NCBI GenBank assembly: GCA_963666275.2
Contig: CAXXOA010000001.1
Location: 928,001 to 992,000, forward strand
DNA from: Oceanispirochaeta sp.
GTDB taxonomy: Bacteria; Spirochaetota; Spirochaetia; DSM-2461
Reading direction: 5' to 3'
Length of the DNA: 64,000 nucleotides
Shown piece by piece: positions 37,795 to 51,634 of the stretch; positions within the stretch are counted from its first letter, which is position 1; the number at the start of each line of letters is the position of its first letter. A program made the translations under genes and the position numbers. The notes beneath the pieces are model-generated. The model was not told where the DNA came from. It searched no databases and worked only from the letters and a program-made list of their open reading frames with translations.

Positions 37795-38865
37795 ATGAGT
37801 AAGAATATAGTGCTGAAAGCAGAAGATCTAAACGGTTATCTCACAGAAGAGGACCAGAAAAATATCAACAGAATGAATGAATACTACTCCGAGGCATCTG
37901 CGTCTTTTAAATCCCTTTCCATTGCCGAAGGCAATTCGGCTGTGATTCAGAAAGAGACTGATAAAATCATCAAACTTTATGAAGTCATGGGTGACTTTAT
38001 GAAGGAGATCACTTCCAAAGAGGATGCGATCAGAGTCTACTCTTTTGAAACTCCCCAGCTGAAGCATGGAGAAGTTTCCCGGCTGATCGCCAAATTGAGA
38101 GATTTGAGAACTCCCCATGACGAGTTTGTCTACTATGTACAGAGAGCCTACGAACTTCTGTTCAACCTGGCATACGACGGAGGGGAGTCCAACAGGAAGA
38201 ATCATCTGATTGTTAAAACACCGGTGACGGTTCCCGTGCAGAATTATGCTGTTCACAAGATTCCCGATGTGGATGATGCCATCTCGGATTCTGTTATGTG
38301 CGTGATGCTCAGGGGGGCTCTCCTTCCATCCATGATACTCAGCAAGGAAATCCAGGAGTACTCCTCCACCGGTTACGTAACGCCTTTTGCTCTTTTCAAG
38401 ATAAAAAGGGACGATACCAAGATGAAGGACAATATGGAGTATGTTCTTGATCTGGATAAATCTTTTTTTGATCCTGATCAGCTGGACGGGAAAAATCTTA
38501 TCTTTGCAGACCCCATGAATGCCACAGGAGGAAGTATGGTGACTATTGTCAAATACATCCTCAGTCTGGGTGTGAAACCCAAATCCATAAAATTCCTGAA
38601 TGTGATTTCTGCTCTGAAAGGAACACTTCAGATTATCCGTTCCATAGAAGACATCACATGTTATACCCTCTGGATGGATCCTGTCCTGAATCAGGCTGCG
38701 TATATTCTTCCCGGCCTGGGGGATGCGGGTGATAGATTGAATGGTCCCGATCAGGATGAATATCCCAGGAATATGATTCAGCTGATTGCCGATTACGGTG
38801 CCAATCTCGCCAACCTCTACAGAGCCCAGGTAAGGACTATTGAACAGACAATACTGGGCAACTAG
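37795..38865 (+). CDS. upp: uracil phosphoribosyltransferase with N-terminal extension
   Basis: LRD, VMLRGAL, FADPMNATGGS, LNQAAYILPGLGDAGDR. Confidence 0.9.
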   Translation: MSKNIVLKAEDLNGYLTEEDQKNINRMNEYYSEASASFKSLSIAEGNSAVIQKETDKIIKLYEVMGDFMKEITSKEDAIRVYSFETPQLKHGEVSRLIAKLRDLRTPHDEFVYYVQRAYELLFNLAYDGGESNRKNHLIVKTPVTVPVQNYAVHKIPDVDDAISDSVMCVMLRGALLPSMILSKEIQEYSSTGYVTPFALFKIKRDDTKMKDNMEYVLDLDKSFFDPDQLDGKNLIFADPMNATGGSMVTIVKYILSLGVKPKSIKFLNVISALKGTLQIIRSIEDITCYTLWMDPVLNQAAYILPGLGDAGDRLNGPDQDEYPRNMIQLIADYGANLANLYRAQVRTIEQTILGN

Positions 38866-39814
38866 TCTAACTCTTCTTTTCTTTCTGGTTATTCTCTCGT
38901 CCTGCCAGAGCTCCCCTGAAAGGGAGAGGCTGGCAAAGGATTACTACAATATAGGGAATGCCTATTTTGATCTGGAACAGTATGATAAAGCTGTAGAGTA
39001 CTATGACAGGGCTCTGCAGCTGGACCCCACCATAAATCAGGCTGTGTTCAATATGGCCAGAACCAAAATCGAAACCGGGGATTTCCGAAGAGCTCTGAAG
39101 CTGCTGAACCGTCTGCTGGAAAGTGACCCGGAAAATGTTATGGTTCTGGAGATGATTGCGTATACCTATTATCGCATGGACTCCTTTCCGCAGGCCGTGG
39201 ATTTGTATAAGAGGATCCTTGTTCTGAACCCCTATAACAAAAAGGCACTGTACAACATAAGTATCCTTGAGGTTGAGCTGGAAAGGTTTGATCTGGCCCG
39301 CCTGCATCTGCAGAAGCTTCAGGAGCAGGAAGATAAAAGCGAGTACAGGAAGCTTCTTGCCGATATAGCCAGAGAGGAGGGGGATTCGGAAGCTGCCATA
39401 GGGCTCTATGAATCCATTGTGGCTGAAGACAAGGCCTCAGGCGATGTCTATACGGCTCTTAAGGAGCTCTATCTGGAGGAACAGCGCTATTCGGATGTCC
39501 TGACAGTGTTTGATGAACTGGTGGAGTCTTCTGAAAATGGATCAGAAAAAGCTGATCTTCTTTTTGAAAGGGCCCGGATAGAGTTTCTGTATCTGGAGGA
39601 TATGGTCCTGGGGCAGGAGCATCTGATTCAGGCTCTGCAGCTGGGATTCGGTTCCGGTGACTCTTCTTCCCTGGAGAGTCTGACGGAAGAGCTGGATTCG
39701 CCTGTGAAAGAACAGGTGGAAAAGATTATTGATGAGAACCTGATGGATCCGGAACCGGAAGAATCTGAAAAAAAGGAATTGGAAGTAGGAAACTCTTCTG
39801 ACAGTGAATCATAA
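38840..39814 (+). CDS. TPR lipoprotein
   Basis: lipobox ILSSC; YYNIGNAYFDLEQYDKAVEYYDRALQLDP. Confidence 0.85.
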   Translation: MNRQYWATSLTLLFFLVILSSCQSSPERERLAKDYYNIGNAYFDLEQYDKAVEYYDRALQLDPTINQAVFNMARTKIETGDFRRALKLLNRLLESDPENVMVLEMIAYTYYRMDSFPQAVDLYKRILVLNPYNKKALYNISILEVELERFDLARLHLQKLQEQEDKSEYRKLLADIAREEGDSEAAIGLYESIVAEDKASGDVYTALKELYLEEQRYSDVLTVFDELVESSENGSEKADLLFERARIEFLYLEDMVLGQEHLIQALQLGFGSGDSSSLESLTEELDSPVKEQVEKIIDENLMDPEPEESEKKELEVGNSSDSES

Positions 39815-39843
39815 AAAAAGCCGGCTCGAATGCCGGCTTTTTT
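39813..39843. terminator. bidirectional intrinsic terminator
   Basis: A7-GCCGGC-N6-GCCGGC-T6 between convergent genes. Confidence 0.88.
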
Positions 39844-39848
39844 CATTT

Positions 39849-40475
39849 TCAATCCAGGATCTTTTTCAAATCCTCGAAAACTTTTTCGGGTTTCTGGCTG
39901 CTGTCCACATCCACAAGGTTTCCCTCGTTTTTGTAGAACTCAATCAGCGGTGCTGTTGATTTGTCATATACGGACAATCTGTTTTTGATGGCTTCGATCT
40001 TGTCGTCGTCTCTGGTGTAGAGCTCTCCGGAGCACTTGTCGCAGACTCCCTCTTTTGCAGGGGGGATAAACTCGACATGAAAACTTTCACCGCAGCTGCG
40101 GCAGACTCGTCTGCCGGACAGTCTTCTGACCACTTCCTCTTCGGCAATGGTAAAGTTGACAACCTTTTCTATTCGGGTAATTTCCTTAAGCGCTTCGGCC
40201 TGGGGGATGGTCCGGGGGAATCCGTCCAGGATGAATCCTCTGGCAGTATCATCCTGTTCCAGTCTTTCTTTTACCATTGCCGTGGTCAGTTCGTCTGGAA
40301 CAAGGTTGCCGCTGTCAAGAATACTCTTTACCTGTTTTCCCAGTTCTGTCTGATTCTTAATGGCAGCCCTGAAAAGATCTCCCGTGGAAATATGGGGGAT
40401 ATCGTAGTGTTCTTTCGCTTTAAAGGCCATGGTTCCTTTGCCGGCACCGGGAGGGCCCAGAAAAATAAGATTCAT
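39849..40475 (-). CDS. adk: adenylate kinase (Zn-LID type)
   Basis: GPPGAGKGT, HISTGDLFR, LDGFPRT, CRSC...CDKC. Confidence 0.97.
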   Translation of the reverse strand: MNLIFLGPPGAGKGTMAFKAKEHYDIPHISTGDLFRAAIKNQTELGKQVKSILDSGNLVPDELTTAMVKERLEQDDTARGFILDGFPRTIPQAEALKEITRIEKVVNFTIAEEEVVRRLSGRRVCRSCGESFHVEFIPPAKEGVCDKCSGELYTRDDDKIEAIKNRLSVYDKSTAPLIEFYKNEGNLVDVDSSQKPEKVFEDLKKILD

Positions 40476-40478
40476 ATT

Positions 40479-40703
40479 CTATACCTCTTCTTTTATAATA
40501 GTGAAATTGTCATGGCACGGTTCAGAACAGAAATCCCTGTCATATCCGGATTCCAACGGGAAGTATCTGCCGCAGTTCCGGCATCTCCCGTATAAAGCTG
40601 CACACTCCTCTGAACAAAAAGTTTTATTGATCATAAGAAATTCAGGGCAGTACTTTCCGCAATTGGCGCATTTTCTGTAATTACTGATTTCCGTCTCAGA
40701 CAT
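40479..40703 (-). CDS. small protein with two CxxC-x12-FCSxxC zinc-finger repeats
   Basis: CANC...FCSEEC and CRNC...FCSEPC; 3 nt upstream of adk; has its own promoter. Confidence 0.75.
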   Translation of the reverse strand: MSETEISNYRKCANCGKYCPEFLMINKTFCSEECAALYGRCRNCGRYFPLESGYDRDFCSEPCHDNFTIIKEEV

Positions 40704-40709
40704 CCTGCC

Positions 40710-40738
40710 ATCTTATATAAATAAAAATAGGTGGTCAA
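40710..40738 (-). promoter_or_regulatory. sigma70 promoter for Zn-finger/adk operon (leaderless)
   Basis: TTGACC-17 nt-TAAGAT, 6 nt before ATG 40703. Confidence 0.7.
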
Positions 40739-40814
40739 TATTGGCCTTATTCTCTATATGAAAAGAGGTTAGAGAATTGCCTCTTTGGAATTGAAGTTTT
40801 TTTTGCATTTCCTG

Positions 40815-40900
40815 TTGACAAAAAAAGCGAATAAACGTTATATTCACGGAGCGTTCGGGCAGTACAGCAGCGGACGCACAGAACTAAATGTTCTTTTACA
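40815..40900 (+). promoter_or_regulatory. rrn promoter and boxA-like antiterminator
   Basis: TTGACA (40815)...TATATT (40839); TGTTCTTTTACA at 40889. Confidence 0.75.
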
Positions 40901-41241
40901 AAGGAATTAGAGAAGGGGAATTGAAGTATTTGACGAAAGTCAAGTCCATTGCGAATCACAGGCATTTATGCCGGGGATCGCAATGATTGGTAGTATGTTC
41001 GGATCGCTGATCTTTTTAGATTGACGGTCCGCCCACTATGGTTCGGTTAAGGTTTATCTGAAGCCGTGACCATTAAGATTCCGTTCCTCGGCACTAGTGC
41101 CTGTGGTACGGAATATCGTTAGTTTTCTTTTAGAGATAAAGGGAATCTGACTCACTTTAAAGCGGATCAGGATGATTACATTCGACAGTATCTGTTTTGA
41201 AGCTTTGATACGAACTTATCCACTTCGGTGGATAAATTATA

Positions 41242-42782
<1,541 letters not shown>

Positions 42783-42953
42783 AGCGTGAAAGGTATAAAG
42801 ACCTTGAGTTTGTACACTTAAAGGCAGTGAGTCACTGAGCAATCGGTGCACTACTGATCATATATGGCTTGGCTTTCGTCAACTACTTCTAATTTCCCCT
42901 ATGTAATTTCTTAAAAAAGGCTTTAGCCATCAGGTGAAGGCCATGTTTAACCA

Positions 42954-43027
<74 letters not shown>

Positions 43028-43161
43028 TAAAAACGAAGTTTGTTTCTTCTGAGGATCAAACTTTTTTTACGCCGATTTTCTTGAAAAGAGGCGGGAGATG
43101 CATGAGACTTTACTCTTGCGGATCTTTTAAATAGGTAATAGCGAAGGGATAAATAATAATA

Positions 43162-46095
<2,934 letters not shown>

Positions 46096-46319
46096 TATTA
46101 TTATTTATCCCTTGGTTGCAGAGGCGAGCAGTAAATCTCTGATTTACGACCAGCCTTTAAGATATAATTTTTATTCTGCTTTGAATTGTAGATATATTGC
46201 GAGAGCGAAGCGGAAGCATATTCAGCAATTCAAAAATTGCAGAAATAAATTATATCGTGTTATTTATAGAAATTAGCAGTTAATTCTGTTGATTATATAT
46301 AGTGTGCTTCTACACACAA

Positions 46320-46428
46320 TCCAGTGGCTATAGCGTTGAGGTTATACCCGTTCCCATCCCGAACACGGAAGTCAAGCTCAACTGCGCCGATGGTACTGCT
46401 ACGGTGGGAGAGTAGGTCGTCGCTGGTT
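46320..46428 (+). rRNA. rrf: 5S rRNA
   Basis: CCAGTGGC...CCCGTTCCCATCCCGAACACGGAAGTCAAG...GAGAGTAGGTCGTCGCTGG. Confidence 0.96.
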
Positions 46429-46432
46429 TATT

Positions 46433-46463
46433 AAACCCTCAGTCTTAGGACTGAGGGTTTTTT
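46433..46463 (+). terminator. rrn operon terminator
   Basis: AAACCCTCAGTC-TTAG-GACTGAGGGTTT followed by T tract. Confidence 0.9.
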
Positions 46464-46477
46464 ATTTTATAAAATGC

Positions 46478-47458
46478 TTAAGGTTTATAGTACTGGGGAT
46501 AGAGCTTTTTGGCGCAGTCGGGGCAGATACTATGACTGAATTCCACTTCTGAATGCTGGGACATATAGGTTTCTATCTGATTCCAGTATCCTTCATCATC
46601 GCGGATTTTTTTACAGCTGCAGCAGATCGGAAGCATGCCTTTCAGAGTCTTAACTTTTTCAAGGGCATCTTCCAGTTCCGTTATGAGATCCTCCCGGGTC
46701 TGTTCGGCCTGTTTCCTCTGTGTTATATCAGTATTGCTGCCTCGTCTTCCCATAAATTCACCGGAAGGGGAGAATACGGGTTGGCATACATGCTCGATCC
46801 AGCGAAGTTCTCCTGATTTATTTCTTATCATAAATTCCAGATGGAGCGGATCTTCAGTGTTTCTGTTATGATTTTTCAGATTTGACTTTGATTCATCCGT
46901 TTCTATTATGTCATACAGTAGATCGGGATTTTCCAGGAATTCCTGCCTTGTATATCCTGTTATCCTCAGGCATGAAGGAGACATATATTCCATAATATCA
47001 TCCTGATTGATCCATGTTTCCCAGTTCCGCGTGTAATCAGCAACGGTTCTGAACCGGATTTCACTTTCCTGAAGTTTTTTCTCCATATCATATTTATAAA
47101 AGGCAATTTCCAGGCTGATTGTAAGATCTTCCAGTCGGACAGGTTTTCTCAAGTATCCGAAAGGGCTGGATTTTTTGGCCTTAACAATTGTATCCTGATC
47201 AGAATATGCTGTAAGGAATATGATGGGGATACCCAGTTTTTCAGATATCATACCGGCCGCTTCTGTTCCGTCCATAGGACCTTTCAGGTTGATATCCATA
47301 ATAACCATCTCAGCTCCGGTCTCTTCCGCCTTTTCAAGAGCTTCTTCTCCATAGCGGAGACAGCCGACTATGTCATATCCTATTCTTTTCAGTTTAATTT
47401 TCAGGTCGGTACTGACAACCACTTCGTCTTCAACAATCAAAATCTTACGTTCTTTCAT
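46478..47458 (-). CDS. response regulator: REC + PAS + C-terminal Cys-rich domain
   Basis: ILIVEDE, IMDINL, FLTAYSD, YLRKP; PAS; LPICCSCKKIRDDEGYW...HSICPDC. Confidence 0.9.
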   Translation of the reverse strand: MKERKILIVEDEVVVSTDLKIKLKRIGYDIVGCLRYGEEALEKAEETGAEMVIMDINLKGPMDGTEAAGMISEKLGIPIIFLTAYSDQDTIVKAKKSSPFGYLRKPVRLEDLTISLEIAFYKYDMEKKLQESEIRFRTVADYTRNWETWINQDDIMEYMSPSCLRITGYTRQEFLENPDLLYDIIETDESKSNLKNHNRNTEDPLHLEFMIRNKSGELRWIEHVCQPVFSPSGEFMGRRGSNTDITQRKQAEQTREDLITELEDALEKVKTLKGMLPICCSCKKIRDDEGYWNQIETYMSQHSEVEFSHSICPDCAKKLYPQYYKP

Positions 47459-47472
47459 TTTCCGCCTGCCTG

Positions 47473-50400
47473 TTAAATTTTCCACTCGATTGTCCAGCGG
47501 GTACCGTGGCTTGTATCCAGCGACCAACTGCCTTCCAGCTGTTCTTCAATCAAATCTTTGACAAGGAGTAAACCAAGAGAGTTCAAATTGTTAAGATCAG
47601 TATCCTCGGGTATACCTTTTCCATTATCTTCTATCGTAGCTTTTATGCCCCTGTCAGGGCTTTGTTCCACTTCGATCCTGAAAATCCCGTTTTTCATGTC
47701 CCCATAGGCATGTTTCAACGAGTTCGTCAGGAGTTCCGTCACAATCAGTCCCAATGGGACAACATACTGTATTTCCAGTTCCAGGTTATACGCTGACACC
47801 TGAACACTGATGGAATTGCCATAGAACATATAATGCATCTGATCGCTCAGCTTTTCAAGGTAACTCTGCATATCAATTTTATTGAGACTTCCTGATTGAT
47901 AGAGAACCTCATGAACCAGCGACATGGATCTGACACGATTCTGGGCCTCGGTGAAGGCATCTTTTGCAGCCATATCGGTAATTTTCTCAGACTGCAGGCT
48001 CAGCAGACTTGTGACCACCTGCATATTATTTTTTACACGGTGGTGAATCTCCTTCAGAAGGATTTCTTTTTCCTGCAGAGCTTTTCTTATTTCTTCTTCC
48101 GATTGTTTCATGCTTGTAATATCGATCCTGAATCCCACAGTGCTTCCATCGCGCATTTTTTTTTCTTTAATCCGCATCCATCTGCTGTCCTTTAATCTCA
48201 GAACAAGACTGTTCTGCCCTGATCTGTGGTGCTGAATCCTTTCACTGATCCACTTTTCCGGATCGTCGGCTGCAGCGGGAATTTCTCCCCTATCAACCCG
48301 CATACGGGTTATGTCCTCAAAACTCATGTTCCTGAATTTTCTGATATCTTCCGATGGGATGAAATCCATATATTTTGCATTGGAATATATGAGTTTATCC
48401 TCACTGTTATATATGGAAAAACCTTCATCAATTGTTTCTATGGCTGTTAAAAGCTGTTCTTCAATATTCTCTCTTTCTGTTGAAAGTTTAATTCGCTCCA
48501 GAATCAGGACTGTTTCGGATAAAATAGCTTCAATGCTGTACTTGGTATGCCTGGAAAATTCATTCCGGATTGTTGAAGCAATATTCAAACAGCCTATGAG
48601 TTCTCCATCAATGACAAATGGCAGAATCCCGGTTGCCTTCAGGCCAATGGACAGCCGTTCCTCTTTTTCCGCTGGAGAGAGGAATTTAATGGCCTCCAGA
48701 AGGTCCTCATAGCTGAGGAATAGAGGTTTTCCTTTCATTACTATTTTAAATTGACCGGATTCTCTGGCGTAGGAGGAAGATATTCGTATAAATGTTTCGG
48801 CCAATCCCCTGTGTGACTTCATATCCAGCTCCAGAGAATCCGTGTCGGGATTATACAGATAGATCCCTCCCGCTGTTACATCGGATATATTCAGAATGGC
48901 ATGTAGCGTTTCTTTCAGAGCTTCCAGAACAGTATTGGAATTCCCGAGTACCAGGCTGAGATCTCTCTGTATCTCAAGGAGTTCTTCCGTATGTTTGTAC
49001 TCTGTGATATCGATGGCCAGAGAGAGCAGATAAAGTAGTGATTTTTCCTCATTATCAAAAACCGGGATAATTTTGATCTGGAAGATCTTTTCTTCATCTT
49101 CGGGATTCCAGGAAATCCGGATTGTTTCCTGCTTCATCTGATGAGTTTCTATGACATGCTTCTTCAGCTGTTCCAGGGGAAAATTCTGTTCTTCCGTCAG
49201 TAGCTCCTGAGTATTTTTTCCCTGAATATCCTCCCGGGGAAGATTGAAAAAGTGTTCAGCTGCTTTGTTTACACGGATGTATTTCAATGTGTTTACATCC
49301 TGAACAAATACCGCATCCGGTATGTTTTCTATAATGGATGAAAGGAAGATTTCCTGTTCTTTTAATTTCTTCTCTGCAGCGACGCGGTCTGTGATACTAT
49401 GTGCAATTCCCAGAACACCAAGCAGATCCCCCTGGCTGTTATAGAAGGGAGTTTTTGTCGTTTCCAGTATTTCCCCACAGCCCTCAGATGCAAATACAAC
49501 CTGTTCTTCACTTTTCTGGGGGCTGCCTCTATGGATAGCTTCTCTGTCATTTCGTCTGAAAAAATCTGCCAGTTTTTCCGGCATAAAATCATAATCTCTT
49601 TTTCCCAGCATCTGAGATTCTTTGACTCCCAGAAAGGATTCAAAGGCAGGGTTGCAGCCAAGATAGGAGCCATCAGGATCTTTAATCCAGAGCAGATCAG
49701 GTATGCTGTTGAATATGGTCCGCAGCTGGATTTCATTTTCTGCCAGTTTTTTTGCCTTTATTGAAACCACTCTCTGCAGCTGTAAGTTCCAGAGAAGGAT
49801 AGACAGAAGCAGAAGAACTGAGAATACAAGGAGTCCAATGAACACAGAGAGGTTCCTTTCAAAAAAAGATTTCTCTCTGAAAGGGGTTGAACCCAGCCAT
49901 TTCTCTGTAATCCTGTCTATCGTCCCTGTTTCCCATGCCCTGTTCACACCTTTATTCAGAATCGACTGAAGGATCTTATTTCCGTCCCTGGTAGCCATAC
50001 AGTTCTGCCCGGTGTAAAGCGGTGGATCCACCATCTTCAAATGGTCAAGAAGATCATGTTTATAGAGTTCGTAAGTCACTACCTGCTGATCCCCAATAAG
50101 GGAATCAGCCTTCCCGTCGATTACAGCAAAAATGGCTTCTTCAAAAGATTCTGTGGGGTAGAGAATAAAATTGATATTTCCGGATTTAAGAAACTCTTCT
50201 GCATAGTCTCCCCGCTGAATGGCAATTCTTTTCCCTTCCAGGTCATTGACAGTCCTGATTTCAGACTGGCCGCCAGAAACAAATATCTGACCGGGAACCT
50301 GCCAGATCATGGGGGTAAAATTGAAGAGAGTCTCCCGCTGGCTGCTGTAGAAAAAACTTGTAAGAACATCCGCCCGGCCGTCCAGCACTGACTGCTGCGC

Positions 50401-50682
50401 CTCCAGAAAGGGCATATCTATGAAATCGGCTTTTATTCCCATTTCCGTGGCGATCCACCGGGCCAGTTCGATCATCATGCCGTCACTTCGCTTATTCTCA
50501 TTGATAAATTCGAAAGGGGGGTAGTCCGACTGGCTCACAAAGGTAATCTGTCTATGCTCTGACAGCCATTTTTTTTCACTTTCCGTCAGCAGAATTCCAG
50601 ACTGGCCTGATATTGCCGTTTCCATTAGAAAGAGAAAAAATATCAGAATGAAAATTCTGCCGAAACCGAGTGTCTTTGCCAT
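47473..50682 (-). CDS. multi-sensor histidine kinase (SBP_bac_3, PAS x3, GAF, HisKA_2)
   Basis: DYPPFEF periplasmic binding domain; LLKEIHHRVKNNMQ; ELLTNSLKHAY; DNGKG; start uncertain (50682 or 50721). Confidence 0.9.
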   Translation of the reverse strand: MAKTLGFGRIFILIFFLFLMETAISGQSGILLTESEKKWLSEHRQITFVSQSDYPPFEFINENKRSDGMMIELARWIATEMGIKADFIDMPFLEAQQSVLDGRADVLTSFFYSSQRETLFNFTPMIWQVPGQIFVSGGQSEIRTVNDLEGKRIAIQRGDYAEEFLKSGNINFILYPTESFEEAIFAVIDGKADSLIGDQQVVTYELYKHDLLDHLKMVDPPLYTGQNCMATRDGNKILQSILNKGVNRAWETGTIDRITEKWLGSTPFREKSFFERNLSVFIGLLVFSVLLLLSILLWNLQLQRVVSIKAKKLAENEIQLRTIFNSIPDLLWIKDPDGSYLGCNPAFESFLGVKESQMLGKRDYDFMPEKLADFFRRNDREAIHRGSPQKSEEQVVFASEGCGEILETTKTPFYNSQGDLLGVLGIAHSITDRVAAEKKLKEQEIFLSSIIENIPDAVFVQDVNTLKYIRVNKAAEHFFNLPREDIQGKNTQELLTEEQNFPLEQLKKHVIETHQMKQETIRISWNPEDEEKIFQIKIIPVFDNEEKSLLYLLSLAIDITEYKHTEELLEIQRDLSLVLGNSNTVLEALKETLHAILNISDVTAGGIYLYNPDTDSLELDMKSHRGLAETFIRISSSYARESGQFKIVMKGKPLFLSYEDLLEAIKFLSPAEKEERLSIGLKATGILPFVIDGELIGCLNIASTIRNEFSRHTKYSIEAILSETVLILERIKLSTERENIEEQLLTAIETIDEGFSIYNSEDKLIYSNAKYMDFIPSEDIRKFRNMSFEDITRMRVDRGEIPAAADDPEKWISERIQHHRSGQNSLVLRLKDSRWMRIKEKKMRDGSTVGFRIDITSMKQSEEEIRKALQEKEILLKEIHHRVKNNMQVVTSLLSLQSEKITDMAAKDAFTEAQNRVRSMSLVHEVLYQSGSLNKIDMQSYLEKLSDQMHYMFYGNSISVQVSAYNLELEIQYVVPLGLIVTELLTNSLKHAYGDMKNGIFRIEVEQSPDRGIKATIEDNGKGIPEDTDLNNLNSLGLLLVKDLIEEQLEGSWSLDTSHGTRWTIEWKI

Positions 50683-50788
50683 ATGAGATCTCTTACAACT
50701 TTTTATAATTTCAGCATGCAAAAATTAACAATGAATCATGCTGTCATTTCAAGTCTAGTGTAATCTCAGGCGGCAGGAAAGAAAAAAA

Positions 50789-51634
50789 TTATTCTGCGGG
50801 TAGTATGATCACAACTTTACCCTGTCTGAGTAGTTCTCTGTTGTGTTCGGAACCGGTTAATATAGCTGAGGCTTCCTCAGAAAGAACCAGATCAGTTTTT
50901 TTGGTGCCGTATATGGCTCTGGCCATGGTGCGGTAGGGGTATACGCCGATCCGTTCGGATATATTTGCAATATTGCTGCTGTAACTGTACCCTGCATTTC
51001 CCCAGTGACTCAGAGCATCGGGATAAACCATCTCCATGCTGTGAATCTCTTTTCCTTCGGGAGTGAATAAACGGGGGAATAGACAGGGCATTAGATTGAC
51101 CTCCCTGTCGGAGGAATCAATCCAGGGTAGGGGATCGGCGGCATAGATAACTATGCCTGTGAACTCGTCGTTGGGAACATACCTGGGATTGACAGGATAG
51201 GAGTAGGGGGAGTCGTGATGAATCAGGAGGTCAGAGACATGGGGGAAAAGAGCCAGTTCATACCTGACAGTCAGAAACTTCCGATCCGCTGTGGCGGTGG
51301 TGAAAATTTTCTGCATGACCTCTGATAGGTTTTCCAGTTTTCTCAGGAGGACAGGTTCGCGTTCCACCAGATCCTCCAGGGTATTGGAGGAGTTGACGAT
51401 CAGAGGCAGCAGGACTTCACCTGTTGTAACCGGAGTTTCCCTTATTATCATCTGCTCTGTTTTGTATCGTCCCGTGGGCTGATTGGACTCTTCGCTGATG
51501 GGAGCGGTCATGTCCAGCTGAAGTACTTTCTTTTCCCAGTTGACCTCGGTTTCTATGTCGATTTCCCGGGCGGACAGGGATAGGATCAGAGATAAAAAGA
51601 GAAGGGCTGATAAACATTGTCTGAGCATGATCAC
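50789..51634 (-). CDS. exported conserved hypothetical protein
   Basis: signal peptide; TGIVIYA...PCLFPRL...GKVVII; overlaps the upstream gene by 4 nt. Confidence 0.75.
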   Translation of the reverse strand: MIMLRQCLSALLFLSLILSLSAREIDIETEVNWEKKVLQLDMTAPISEESNQPTGRYKTEQMIIRETPVTTGEVLLPLIVNSSNTLEDLVEREPVLLRKLENLSEVMQKIFTTATADRKFLTVRYELALFPHVSDLLIHHDSPYSYPVNPRYVPNDEFTGIVIYAADPLPWIDSSDREVNLMPCLFPRLFTPEGKEIHSMEMVYPDALSHWGNAGYSYSSNIANISERIGVYPYRTMARAIYGTKKTDLVLSEEASAILTGSEHNRELLRQGKVVIILPAE

